Source of the DNA: a virus
Taxonomy: Duplodnaviria > Caudoviricetes
IMG/VR virus record: IMGVR_UViG_3300027653_000019
Location: 1-46,572 of that record
DNA length: 46,572 nucleotides
Direction: 5' to 3' (one strand)
Every line of letters starts with the position of its first letter. Within the stretch, counting starts at the first letter, position 1. Shown in pieces: positions 31,716-41,907 of the stretch. Position numbers and translations under genes: made by a program. Below the pieces are notes generated by a model. That model had not been told where the DNA came from. It made no database searches and saw only the letters and a program-made list of their open reading frames with translations.

Positions 31716-34700
31716 GGCTCCTCATCCTCTACACGAGTGAGCCGCATCGTGACGGCCATGTGGTCGCCCGGCTGACGGGCCCCGTTGAACTCTTCAACGT
31801 CCACGAAGTAACGGCGCCCCAGCCAGTCGCGGTACAGGTGCGGGCCGCGCCGTGCCACGAGGCCGCGCCACTGCCGGTAAGTTGCCGCGTGCTCTCCCCG
31901 GTACTCCTCCCCCGGCAAGGTCGTGAACGCGACTTTGAGCGTGAACTCCTCCCCGTCCCCGTAAAAAGCGACCGGCAGAGCGCGGCCCGAGAAGCGGTGC
32001 CGCACCGTGTCCGGCTTCTCGAACCCTTCATCGACTTCGAGGCCATACACGGCCCGGCACACCAGCGAGTAGTCCTCGCCGCCGTTGAGGTAGAACTCCC
32101 CCGTCTCCCCGTCGGCGCGGCGCGGCGGGCAGTCAACGCGCGTGTCGGAGTTGATCTGCACGTAATGGAACGCGGATTCTGCGATTGACGGCAACGCCGA
32201 CACGGTGACCGCCTGATAAACGTTGCCGGTGCCGTCCCCCACTGCGGGAACCGGGTAAGAGAACGCGCCCCCAACCTCAAGTCCGTCGATGATGAGGACG
32301 CGGGTGTCGAACCACAGCCGCTCGAATGTGTCGGCAGCCTCCCACCGCTCCGGCATCGTCACCGTGGACGGCGACTGGTCCGGCAGGCCTTCCCACTCGT
32401 AATGGAACCCGTCACGGTCGGTGTGACCGTCGAAGAACGGGCCCACGTAATCGGGCTCATCGGATATGAGGTTGCGGAAGTACACGACGTTCACGGGCTC
32501 GTGCCCGATAAAATAGACGAGACGGTTTACCGTATTCAGCGCTTCCCCAACGAATGTGCCCCCGCTTGGAATACCCTGCTGACGATCAATCCCTAAGGCC
32601 GTGCTCATGACGTCCATCGGCGCGCCGGTGTCGGTCCAGAACTGAACGATGGACCGCCGTCGCTCCCCGGTTTCAAACGGCGGGACGGCGTACGCTATAC
32701 GCCTTCCATCCTCACTCAGGATCGGGCGCATGGCCAAGGCATCGTAAGTGCGCGAATAGTAGAAACCGGCTGAGGCTGCCTGCCACTCGGCCGGAAGCGG
32801 CGCGGATATCTCCGACGCGGACTGGTCCTCCTCCCCCGTCCAGATGAGGTCGAAGTCCGGGTCGTCCACTACCTCCGCCGGATTCGAGTGTCCGTCGAAG
32901 TACGGCAGCACGGGCCCTATTTCATCCCGAGACGCCCCAGCTCGGAAATACGCCACCGACACCTCGGTCCCCGGTACGCGGACTGGTACGACGTAGACAA
33001 CCGGCGAGTCCCCCAGAGTCCCTAGCGGAACAATCGTCTCCTCGCCCGGCTCCAAGATCGCAACTGGCTCGTCATCAGGGTCCAGGAACTCCACTGCTTC
33101 GCCTGTATCGCTGCCGATGAATGAGACCACGACATTGAAGTCCGTGCCTTCGGGGAACTCCTCAATCGCCTCGAAGGCGGTGAACAGGACGGCGCCCATC
33201 CTGTCGATGTTGGCTACGTGCTCAAGTTTCACGGCCAGAGCATCCCGCGTGTGGGAGTAGTAGACGATGCCCGGAGTAAGAGTGTCTACCCACCTATCGG
33301 GCCGGGGCGCGACCAGTTCAGACACACTGTCGTCCTCGTCGCCGGACCACTGCGGGGTGAGGTCGGGGTCGCCATCCCAATCCGATGTGTGCCCGTCGAA
33401 GTAGGGGCCGGTGTACTCGCCGGGGACGGCTCCTGCCCAGAGGTACAGGATGTTGACAGGGGCATCCTCCTTAGCCGCCGCTATTAACCTGAATGCGAAA
33501 GACTGGTGGGGACTGCCAGGGTGTCGATAAGTTCCGCCGCTGGAAAGTTCAACTCCGTCTTGGACGTACACAGTGTTCCCGGTATCAGTCCATAGTTGGA
33601 ACACGCTCGTGTGCTCACCTAAATCCGTACCCGGGCCGAGGGCGGTCGCCAGCACGCCGTTCTCGTACTCTCCCTCGTCTAATGGCTCTAAAATCATGCC
33701 AACCGCATCGTAGGTCTGTGAATAGAACACTGTGCCCATCGGCGCCACCCACCCCACCGGCTTCGGCGCGACCAACCTCGATGTGCTCTCCCCCGGTGTG
33801 CCAGTCCACTCCGGGGTGAAGTCGGGGTCGCCGTCCCAGGTGTCGCCGTCGAAGTAGTCCCCTTCAGTAAACCCATTCTCGACACATAGACGGTCCACGT
33901 AGCCGACGATCTCAGGCGCAATGGCACCTTGGATGTCGATAATGTCGATATACAGCCGATCCCATGAGCCGGTAGGGTCAAGGTGAAACACATACCGTTC
34001 CCGCTCATCCGTCAGGTCCGCATACCCGCTCTCCACTTGACTAGAAGTACCCTCTAGTAGCAGTATGCGGAGGCGGTAGTTTTTTCCCGGTGCCTGCGCC
34101 GCGTCAAGGGACACGGTGATCTGATGCCCAGAGTCACCTTGCATCCCCGTGATAAAGAACCCCGCTCGGCTACTCGTTCCGCCAGTCGAGGCTGTACGGA
34201 TAGCTGCACCGTGCGAGTCATCCCAACCTCCCCAGGCCACGGTGGAAGAGATAAGGGATTTGCGGGTAGAAGTCGTAAGTCGGGGGCCTGAATCGACAAG
34301 GTTCTCCCGGATCGTCACCGTCCCGGACGTGTTACGGCCACGCGGATTGGTTACCAGATTCTCATACACCGTCGTCGTCGGGGCCGACTGGTAAGGATGA
34401 CGGCCGCGCGGGTTCTCGATGAGGTTCTCCCGGATCGGGAACGTGGCCTCCGAGTGGCGGCCCCGTGGGTTAGTGACAACGTTGGTCACCGTCGTCAGGT
34501 CCGCCAGCCCGTGCTCATCGGCGGCCCGCTCTAAGGTCTGCCAGTTCCGGTACGCCTCCGCCGCCGCGTCGTCCGACGTGCCCCAAATCTGGTGGTGGTC
34601 GGCCTCGGCGTACCCCTCCTCCCACACGGGCTGCTCCACCTGCAACGACACTGCACCCGTCTCCCGCGTCCACCCGGAATCCAGCGAGGGTGCCTGCGGC

Positions 34701-36277
34701 TGCGGGTAGGCGACCGGAAAACCAACCGTGTCCGGGTCGCTCCACTGCCCGGTCGCGGACTGCACCTGCAATACCACCGTGTAGGCGGAGTCGTCCCGGA
34801 GGCCCGTCAACAGGTACTCAGTGTCGGCTCCCTCGCCGGTGATGACCTGCGACTGCCCGCCCGCCCGGGTGAGCGTCACTCGCCACGCGATCTGCGGGTG
34901 ATCCTGATCCTGGGAGTACCCCCACTCCAGGAGCGCAGTGGACTGCTCCACCACTGTCTCCGAGTCGGGAGCGTTGATCGACACGGTGGGCGGAGCCGTC
35001 GGCGTCTGCAAGTTCGACGCCGAGTACGGGCCACGGTCCGGGTGAACGCCCCACGTCGCGACCTGCCACTCGATCACATCGCCGTTGGCGTACGTGTCAG
35101 CGGGCAGCGTCCACCGGGACGTGGACGAGTTGATCTTCCCCGTCCACGTCCACGACCCCGGCGAGGCCGGATCATACAGTCGGTGGCGGACTTCGAACGC
35201 GGTCTGTTCCGACCCATCCGTCGGCGCAGGCCGCCACGTCAACTCCCTCGGCTGGGTCGCGTCCCACACCGTCGACGGCCCCAGGTTCGTGGGCGCCCCC
35301 GGCGGCGCGGCCAGTTCCACCCGCTCCGAGTACACCCACCCGGAGTTGAGGGACGGTCCCTCGGCGCGGGCCCGAAATCGATGCGTTTTCGTGAGGTCCG
35401 GGTCGTTAAGGACCCTGCTGGTTGTCCCAGCGCTGACGGTAGCGAAGTGCTGCCACGATCCGTCGTCCTCTTGCCGCTCTATCCGAACCGAGGTCGGATA
35501 CCGGGACGTGTTATTCCACGACACCTCGATCCCGGCAGACACGGCACGCGCGCGCATGTTCGACGGTGCTGACGGGGACGTGTCCACCGTCGAGGTCGCG
35601 GTGACGTAGGAGGAGTTGCCGCCCGGCCCTTCCGCGCGCACCTGGTACTGGTAGCGGCGGTTACTCGTGGTCGTGTCAGTAAACGACAGGGACGTAGACG
35701 TGCCCCGGTCAATCCACGACGACCACGACCCGTTGGACTGCAACTCCCGGCGGCGGATGCGGAACCGGGTGCGTGGCCGCGCCGTGGTCGCCGAGTGGGA
35801 GTAAGACACAACGATGCGAGTGTCGGAGGACCGTGACGCGGACACTCCCGAGGGGTTGTTCGGCGACAGGTATGGGCGCGCGGCTACCGAGACCGACCCA
35901 CTCACCCGCGCCGTCCCCGGCGCAGCCTCGATCCCCGAGAACGACGCAGAGAATGACCGGCTTACCGACGACCCATACTGCCGAGAAACGTACAGTAGCT
36001 CGTCATATAGCAGGGTCCGGTTATTCGTCGGCCAGTGCGGGTAGACGGTGGGGTGGTTGATGTTGCGGGACTGCCCTGACCTGTTCGACCAGTTTCCCGA
36101 CAGGTTGAAGCTGTTGTTGGAGTCGCTCACCGATGAGCGGGTCCACGCCCACACCCGCAACCTGAGCCGCGCCTCCGCGTCCGATGGGTAGGTGCGGTCA
36201 ATCCGGTAGCCGAGGCGCAGCCCGTTGTTGCCGCCGGTCCCGACGGCGCTGCCCCACGTAGTTGTCCCGATACCCAT
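31712..36277 (-). CDS. Large minor tail protein with FN3 repeats and nested CBM-like domains
   Basis: YQYQVRAEG-type FN3 repeats; four N(L/V)..NP-type and four (Y/F)FDG..W.G motifs. Confidence 0.88.
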   Translation of the reverse strand: MGIGTTTWGSAVGTGGNNGLRLGYRIDRTYPSDAEARLRLRVWAWTRSSVSDSNNSFNLSGNWSNRSGQSRNINHPTVYPHWPTNNRTLLYDELLYVSRQYGSSVSRSFSASFSGIEAAPGTARVSGSVSVAARPYLSPNNPSGVSASRSSDTRIVVSYSHSATTARPRTRFRIRRRELQSNGSWSSWIDRGTSTSLSFTDTTTSNRRYQYQVRAEGPGGNSSYVTATSTVDTSPSAPSNMRARAVSAGIEVSWNNTSRYPTSVRIERQEDDGSWQHFATVSAGTTSRVLNDPDLTKTHRFRARAEGPSLNSGWVYSERVELAAPPGAPTNLGPSTVWDATQPRELTWRPAPTDGSEQTAFEVRHRLYDPASPGSWTWTGKINSSTSRWTLPADTYANGDVIEWQVATWGVHPDRGPYSASNLQTPTAPPTVSINAPDSETVVEQSTALLEWGYSQDQDHPQIAWRVTLTRAGGQSQVITGEGADTEYLLTGLRDDSAYTVVLQVQSATGQWSDPDTVGFPVAYPQPQAPSLDSGWTRETGAVSLQVEQPVWEEGYAEADHHQIWGTSDDAAAEAYRNWQTLERAADEHGLADLTTVTNVVTNPRGRHSEATFPIRENLIENPRGRHPYQSAPTTTVYENLVTNPRGRNTSGTVTIRENLVDSGPRLTTSTRKSLISSTVAWGGWDDSHGAAIRTASTGGTSSRAGFFITGMQGDSGHQITVSLDAAQAPGKNYRLRILLLEGTSSQVESGYADLTDERERYVFHLDPTGSWDRLYIDIIDIQGAIAPEIVGYVDRLCVENGFTEGDYFDGDTWDGDPDFTPEWTGTPGESTSRLVAPKPVGWVAPMGTVFYSQTYDAVGMILEPLDEGEYENGVLATALGPGTDLGEHTSVFQLWTDTGNTVYVQDGVELSSGGTYRHPGSPHQSFAFRLIAAAKEDAPVNILYLWAGAVPGEYTGPYFDGHTSDWDGDPDLTPQWSGDEDDSVSELVAPRPDRWVDTLTPGIVYYSHTRDALAVKLEHVANIDRMGAVLFTAFEAIEEFPEGTDFNVVVSFIGSDTGEAVEFLDPDDEPVAILEPGEETIVPLGTLGDSPVVYVVPVRVPGTEVSVAYFRAGASRDEIGPVLPYFDGHSNPAEVVDDPDFDLIWTGEEDQSASEISAPLPAEWQAASAGFYYSRTYDALAMRPILSEDGRRIAYAVPPFETGERRRSIVQFWTDTGAPMDVMSTALGIDRQQGIPSGGTFVGEALNTVNRLVYFIGHEPVNVVYFRNLISDEPDYVGPFFDGHTDRDGFHYEWEGLPDQSPSTVTMPERWEAADTFERLWFDTRVLIIDGLEVGGAFSYPVPAVGDGTGNVYQAVTVSALPSIAESAFHYVQINSDTRVDCPPRRADGETGEFYLNGGEDYSLVCRAVYGLEVDEGFEKPDTVRHRFSGRALPVAFYGDGEEFTLKVAFTTLPGEEYRGEHAATYRQWRGLVARRGPHLYRDWLGRRYFVDVEEFNGARQPGDHMAVTMRLTRVEDEEP

Positions 36278-39200
36278 TTACCGTCTCCGTCCCGACGCGC
36301 GCTTCCGCACCCGGCCCATGTCGGCCCAATCTAGGACATGCGACGCTGCCCGGGCCGCGGGCCATAACGCCTCCGCCAGCCGGTCCACCACGTAATCCAG
36401 GTCCTCCCGGGCGATGCGTGTCTCCCCGTCACCCGCCCCGACGCCGGTCGCGGCGGGTTGCGGGTCGGGCCGTGCGGGCACCGCCACTGTGGCGTCCCCG
36501 CGCCGTAGGGCGGCCACCAACGGTGTGACGTTGGCCAGCAGCTCATCCGCGCCGGTGCCGTTATATACCGCGTTCCACCCGGGGCGGAGCCGCCCACCCT
36601 TGTCGAACCATTCGGCGTGCACGTGCCACAGGTGCCACGGGTCGTTACCGTAGCCGGATCGTTGCGGCGCCCACCCGCCCTGCGGTGTCCACACGCGCCG
36701 CTGCCAGATCATCTGCCGGAAGTTGTCGAACCCGCGGGTCGAGACGATAGCGTTCGCGAGCCGGTCCAGCGTCGAACGAGAGTCCACGAAGTCGACCGCC
36801 CGGCCCTGGCGGTGGGAGGAGTGCATGGACTGGTTGAACGCCTGCATCGTGCGGATGCCGCCCACCATGTCCGCGAGCGCGAACGCCGCGGCGTTCACAT
36901 ATGGCAGCGCCCCGCGCAGCGACCGGCCACCCGCGTCTGGGGGAACGTTCGCCTTCTCATCCTCGCCCCTGATCCAGTCGACCATGCGGTCCTTGACGTT
37001 GGTGATCGCGTCCCCACCAAGGCGGCCAATGTCGCCCCACTGGCCGACGGTCCCGGCGACCGCGTTGAAGATGGGGGAGAGGATGAGGTCGGCGAGGTTC
37101 GCCAACCCGCCCCGCGCCCACGACACGACCTCACCGGCTGCGTCGCGGATGACACCACCGACAACGGAGGCGCCTTCCTTCAGGTTGTTCCATCGGTCAC
37201 CCACCCACGATCCGATGCCGCCGTGCGGTGGGTTCGAATCCGACCACACCGTTCCGGTCTCCAACATGCGCCGAGACTCGTCCGCCGAGTAGATGCGGGC
37301 AGGGTTGGAGAAGTTGACCAGCTCGGGACCTTCCTCCCCGACGATGGCCCAACCGCCGGAGTGGTAGCCGCCTGCCGCGAACTGTGGAATCGTCGGCGCA
37401 GCGGGCAGCCGCGCATCCGAGTTGATCGCCCGGGCCACATTGTCGAACGCGGCCTTCAACCCGTCGTTCCACACCGTGTTTATGACCCAGTTGATCGGCT
37501 CCCGGATGAGGTTCGCGACGCCCCGCCACAGGTTGCCGATGGTCTCAACCGCGCCTCTAATCCAGTCCTGCAACGTTTCCAGTCCGGCGCGGAACCTGTC
37601 GAACACGTTGTCATTGATCCACGTCCACACCGCCTGGAACGGGGCCTTGAGGGACTCCCACAGGTTGCGCACATCATCGACGCGGGCGGAGAAGAAGTCG
37701 CGCATGGCCTGGAACCCGGCGGTGAACCGGTCAATCACGTTGCGGCTAATCCAGTCCCACACCGCCCGCAGCGCCCGCGACATCACATCCCAGGCGACAC
37801 GAATGTCGTCCACCCGGTCTGAGAACCACGATGCGACGACCTGCCAGCCCGCGTTGATCGCCTCAAACGTGGGCCGCAGCCACCGCTCCCACAGGGCGGT
37901 GATGGCGGCGGCCATGAGGTCCCACGCCAGTTTGATGACGTTGTACCACACGTCGAAAATGAAGCCGCCGACGGCGGTGAACGTGTCGATGATCGCGGAG
38001 AAGATCGGGGACACGATGCCCCACACCCACTGCACGGCGCCCGCGAACATGTCCCACACCGGCCTGACGACCGTGTTCCACGTACCCGAGATAGCCTCCC
38101 CGAGCCACTGCACGGCCCCGACAATCGCGTCCCACGCCCCGACGAGGGCGGGCACGAGAGTCCCGGTAATCCAGTCCGCTACCGCGGCAATCGCGGCCTG
38201 GATCGCCGCCCACACGGCCTGCACGATCCGCTGCCCGGTCTCGGTCTGCGTGAAAAACCAGACGAGCGCGCCGACGATGACGGTGATGATCGCGACGATA
38301 GGGTTGGCCATGATCACCGCGAACAGCACCCGGAACCCGGTGGCCAACAGGCGCACGACGGTCACGAGGGGACCGAACAGCTTGGCGAGGGTCGGTAGGA
38401 TGCTGATGATCGCGCCGAACGCCTGGGCCATGCGCCCGGCGACCATGAGGACCGGGCCCGCCGCGACCGCGACCCCGCCGAGGATGACGAGGAACCGTTG
38501 CACTGTCGGGGACAGTTCCCGCCACCACGTGATCGCGTCCTGTAGCCACACGAGCATCGACTCGAACGCCTGCCCGATACGTTCCCCGACCTCGGTGGCC
38601 CACTCGGCCACCTCATCCGAGGACAGGAACTCAACGAACTCCGCCAACGACTCCTTCGACCGCTCAAACACGCCGCCGAGGAGGGTTTGGCCGAGAATCC
38701 CCACATACGCCTTCGTGTTGGCGACCATCCCGTCGAACGTCTGCGCGTACTCGGTGGCCATGCCACCGGCGAACCCCTCGATGATGTCGAGGAAGTCGGC
38801 CGTCGATATCTCCCCGTCGCGAAGCATCTGGTACATCGCCTCGGAGGACACGCCCATATGGTTTTGGATCGCGGACGAAAATCCGGGCATGCGCGTCGAT
38901 ATCGTGTCAAACAGCTCCCGCGTCAAATACCCCTGGTCGGTGACGCGGGCGAACACCTGGTTCATCTCATCGAACGTGCCCGTGCCACCGGCGACGGCCG
39001 CGTCGAGGAGCTGAACGTAGCGGGTGAGTTCGGCGCCCTCCTCCACCCCGGCGGCCATAGCCCCGGCCGCGGCGAACGTCGCCTCGGCCATCGTCAACAT
39101 GCCGCCCTCTAGGGCGTCGACAAGGCCATCACTGATCCGCTCAACATCCTCAGCCGTGTACCCAAGGCCGCGGAGCTGGGCCTGGGCGGAGTCGATGGAC

Positions 39201-39451
39201 GTTAACCGGCCCCACCCGAACGCGGTGACAATCCCACCGATAGCGGTGGCCGCACCCACGGCGGGGGCGGTAATCCACTTCGTCATGGACGACCCGACCC
39301 GCTCCATCCCGCGGCCCACGTCACGGAACGCGGTGCCGAGCCGCTGGGACAGGGTACGGCTGGCCCGGTCGGCTACGGTACGTAGCTGACCCTCAAAGCG
39401 GGTGCCGTCGGCGCCAATGACAATAGACACCTCGCCGATGACCTCGGACAC
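36278..39451 (-). CDS. Tape measure protein
   Basis: 1057 aa, Ala/Trp-periodic helices; C-terminal H..GRAVDF...H..HVH. Confidence 0.95.
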   Translation of the reverse strand: MSEVIGEVSIVIGADGTRFEGQLRTVADRASRTLSQRLGTAFRDVGRGMERVGSSMTKWITAPAVGAATAIGGIVTAFGWGRLTSIDSAQAQLRGLGYTAEDVERISDGLVDALEGGMLTMAEATFAAAGAMAAGVEEGAELTRYVQLLDAAVAGGTGTFDEMNQVFARVTDQGYLTRELFDTISTRMPGFSSAIQNHMGVSSEAMYQMLRDGEISTADFLDIIEGFAGGMATEYAQTFDGMVANTKAYVGILGQTLLGGVFERSKESLAEFVEFLSSDEVAEWATEVGERIGQAFESMLVWLQDAITWWRELSPTVQRFLVILGGVAVAAGPVLMVAGRMAQAFGAIISILPTLAKLFGPLVTVVRLLATGFRVLFAVIMANPIVAIITVIVGALVWFFTQTETGQRIVQAVWAAIQAAIAAVADWITGTLVPALVGAWDAIVGAVQWLGEAISGTWNTVVRPVWDMFAGAVQWVWGIVSPIFSAIIDTFTAVGGFIFDVWYNVIKLAWDLMAAAITALWERWLRPTFEAINAGWQVVASWFSDRVDDIRVAWDVMSRALRAVWDWISRNVIDRFTAGFQAMRDFFSARVDDVRNLWESLKAPFQAVWTWINDNVFDRFRAGLETLQDWIRGAVETIGNLWRGVANLIREPINWVINTVWNDGLKAAFDNVARAINSDARLPAAPTIPQFAAGGYHSGGWAIVGEEGPELVNFSNPARIYSADESRRMLETGTVWSDSNPPHGGIGSWVGDRWNNLKEGASVVGGVIRDAAGEVVSWARGGLANLADLILSPIFNAVAGTVGQWGDIGRLGGDAITNVKDRMVDWIRGEDEKANVPPDAGGRSLRGALPYVNAAAFALADMVGGIRTMQAFNQSMHSSHRQGRAVDFVDSRSTLDRLANAIVSTRGFDNFRQMIWQRRVWTPQGGWAPQRSGYGNDPWHLWHVHAEWFDKGGRLRPGWNAVYNGTGADELLANVTPLVAALRRGDATVAVPARPDPQPAATGVGAGDGETRIAREDLDYVVDRLAEALWPAARAASHVLDWADMGRVRKRASGRRR

Positions 39452-39558
39452 CGCGACCCCCTCCCCTAGGTTTCCCCGGCCCTATCGCCAGCGGGAGTTG
39501 GTCGCAGCGGGCACCCGCGCGCTGCCTCACTAAACGGTTACGTCTCGTATTCTAATGG

Positions 39559-39852
39559 TTACCCGGCGGTGAGTGCCTTAAGCGCCTGAAACGCCCTCGC
39601 CTCATTCTCCGCCGACCACGGCGACTGTGGGGCGGGCGCCTCCCCCCGCGGGGGCCGCCACAGGCGGGCACGGAACCGTTCCACATCCGCCTGCTCACGC
39701 CCGTGCGTGCACCACCACCACATGAACGGCACGAACCGGGCCAACGGCATCTCGTCGAGGTCGTCCAGCCCACGGGCGACGGCCTCACCGGCCACATCAT
39801 TCCAGTTGTCCAACGCCACCCGCGCGAGCCGTTGGACTACGTAGTAGGGTTT
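39559..39852 (-). CDS. Tail assembly chaperone, -1 frameshift extension
   Basis: Slippery A AAC CCT at 39846-39852; the -1 frame reads PYYVVQRLARVALDNW into ORF 39559..39819. Confidence 0.8.
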   Translation of the reverse strand, partial: KPYYVVQRLARVALDNWNDVAGEAVARGLDDLDEMPLARFVPFMWWWCTHGREQADVERFRARLWRPPRGEAPAPQSPWSAENEARAFQALKALTAG

Positions 39853-40154
39853 TCGCCCACTTCCATGAGGGCCTGCACCAGCTCGGTAATGTGCTCATAG
39901 TCGAGGTCGTCGTCCGGGTCCTCTAACCGCTTCCGGATCGCCTTACCGTCGGTCTTCCCGAACGTCATGTCGATGAAGGAGTCCATCGCGGCGAGCATGC
40001 CCTCGGGGTCGTCCCCCGCCTTCTTCGACGCGACCGCGACCCGTAACCCCAACGCCGACTTCGGCTTCTTCACCACATACCGCTTCCCGACAAGCTCCAC
40101 CGGAATGCCCTTACGGCCCTCGGTGGTGATGGTGTGCGCAGCGTCTGTACCCAT
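39837..40154 (-). CDS. Tail assembly chaperone
   Basis: Position before TMP; ends GENPTT. Confidence 0.85.
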   Translation of the reverse strand: MGTDAAHTITTEGRKGIPVELVGKRYVVKKPKSALGLRVAVASKKAGDDPEGMLAAMDSFIDMTFGKTDGKAIRKRLEDPDDDLDYEHITELVQALMEVGENPTT

Positions 40155-40174
40155 GCGCCCCAGAGTACACGCCG

Positions 40175-40597
40175 TTAGTCGCGGGCGAAGTCGGAGGGGG
40201 TTAGACGGCGTTGCGCGTCACGCACGAAATGCCCGGGCGTCACGCCCCGCACCCACTTAGCGAACACCACCCGGTTTGATCCTTTCGGGGTGAACACGAG
40301 GAACGGGGCGCGCACCGGGCCGTGTGCGCGTGTCCCCCGCTCCTGAAACAGCATGTGGGGTGCGGTAGAGGAGATGAACATGCGGGGATGTAGGCCGCCG
40401 GTGTCGGCGCGTATCTGCCACGAGTTGAGCATCTCGCCGGTGTCGATCCGGTCGAGGCGGATAATGTTCTCCTTAATGCGGGCGACGGTCGTTTGTGCCG
40501 CCCGCCGCGCCGCGGCCTCCGCGTGCCGGGCCACGGCCCCCGTCATCCGTGACTGGTCGAGCGTGACGCGGGCGTCCTCTAACACGATCATCGACAC
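40175..40597 (-). CDS. HK97 gp10-like neck/tail completion protein
   Basis: IDTGEMLNS, F.ERGT..HGP, V.G..P..F. Confidence 0.75.
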   Translation of the reverse strand: MSMIVLEDARVTLDQSRMTGAVARHAEAAARRAAQTTVARIKENIIRLDRIDTGEMLNSWQIRADTGGLHPRMFISSTAPHMLFQERGTRAHGPVRAPFLVFTPKGSNRVVFAKWVRGVTPGHFVRDAQRRLTPSDFARD

Positions 40598-40600
40598 GGC

Positions 40601-41062
40601 TCAGTCCCCCAGGTCGACGGTGAACCGCCAGTGCCCGCCCACGCACCCGCCGGACGGGCCCACCGGTGTCCACTTCACGACCTCCCGCACGCTCACCTCA
40701 CATGACAGCAGCAGCCACAGCCCCTCAGCGTCGGCGAGGACCTGGGCGCCGTCCGCGCTAATCTCCTCCGCCGTTGGGGCCCGCCCGTGGTCGTCGACGA
40801 CCGCGGCGCACCGCAGCATCCCCAACTCGATCTGCGCTTGACGGCGCATCGCGCACAGGGACCCGTCTGCCTTACGTACCTGCCGGGCACCGCTAGGGGG
40901 GCCGAAGTCAACGACCCTCGCCCACAACTGCCCGCAGCAGTTGTCCCACGCGACCTCCGCCCCAGGGGCGACAATGACGAGTTCGGGGGCCGGGTCGACG
41001 TACTGTTTCGCGCGGTCCAGCAGCGCGTGCAGGTAGGCGGTTAGGGCGAGGTTGGCTGCCAT
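40601..41062 (-). CDS. Tail terminator-like protein
   Basis: CCGQLWARV and GPSGGCVGG motifs. Confidence 0.7.
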   Translation of the reverse strand: MAANLALTAYLHALLDRAKQYVDPAPELVIVAPGAEVAWDNCCGQLWARVVDFGPPSGARQVRKADGSLCAMRRQAQIELGMLRCAAVVDDHGRAPTAEEISADGAQVLADAEGLWLLLSCEVSVREVVKWTPVGPSGGCVGGHWRFTVDLGD

Positions 41063-41829
41063 GTGACCACCCTATGCTCGGCCCCACCTTTGCGTCCCGT
41101 GTCGGGGGAGTGGACGAGGGACGGGGCGGGGGGTTGGGTGATGGAGGCGACCCAGGAGTCGATGAGCCAAATACCCGTGCGCCCCCGCTCCACATCCTCG
41201 AACGTGTCAATGGCCACGCCGACGGTGACACCCTGCCGGGTGATGGACTGGATACGCTCAGGTAGGGCGCAGTCCCGGTCCTTATTGAGCGCCTTCTCCA
41301 TCTCACACACGAACACGGCCGCCGCGACCCGGCCCCCGGCGGGTACGGGAACCCCGCGCCGGTAGGTGACGGTCAGGGACCCGTCGGTCGGCCACGCCTG
41401 CCCGTCGGTGCGGACAAGGTAACGCCGGTTATCCACACGTATACTCACAGGTGTGGACTGGCCGTTGATCGTCACGTCCACCACATCATGCACCGGCCCC
41501 GGTAGCGCGACCTCGTTCACCGCTAAATGACGGCCACACGGCGACGGCAGCCACGCACCCGACGTCAGGCGCGGGCGGGCCGTCACCCGGTACTGCCCGT
41601 TACGGGGCCCGCGACCCCAGAACGTTGAATCGCGGTAGCAGGAGCACGGTTCGGGGACGGGCGTGACGGTTTCGGTGCACAACCCAAGATTCTTACCGGT
41701 CCAGGCCCACAGGAACCCGACGGCCATGTCCTCCAGCGCGGCCCGCCGTGCCCGGTCCCCCTCCCCCGCGTCCGGTGGCAGCGCACAATCGGTGGCCGAA
41801 TAGTCCAGGTCCCACTCACACGGGTACAC
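41041..41829 (-). CDS. Head-to-tail adaptor
   Basis: LW..TG...G.C, CALPERIQSITRQGV, TG...ID.W. Confidence 0.8.
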   Translation of the reverse strand: MYPCEWDLDYSATDCALPPDAGEGDRARRAALEDMAVGFLWAWTGKNLGLCTETVTPVPEPCSCYRDSTFWGRGPRNGQYRVTARPRLTSGAWLPSPCGRHLAVNEVALPGPVHDVVDVTINGQSTPVSIRVDNRRYLVRTDGQAWPTDGSLTVTYRRGVPVPAGGRVAAAVFVCEMEKALNKDRDCALPERIQSITRQGVTVGVAIDTFEDVERGRTGIWLIDSWVASITQPPAPSLVHSPDTGRKGGAEHRVVTWQPTSP

Positions 41830-41854
41830 GGGGGCCTCCCCTGGTAGACGACAA

Positions 41855-41897
41855 CCCCCGGCCCGGCCACCACGTGCGACAGCGACCGGGCCGGGGG
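41855..41897 (-). terminator. Hairpin terminator after the major tail gene
   Basis: cccccggcccgg/ccgggccggggg 12-bp inverted repeat. Confidence 0.7.
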
Positions 41898-41907
41898 CAG
41901 TACATGG

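Noticed and set aside
36617-39014. Long plus-strand ORFs (401 and 530 aa), and similar ones such as 16095..17240 and 43812..45041
   Set aside because: Antisense shadows of real genes, expected in high-GC DNA; no recognisable motifs
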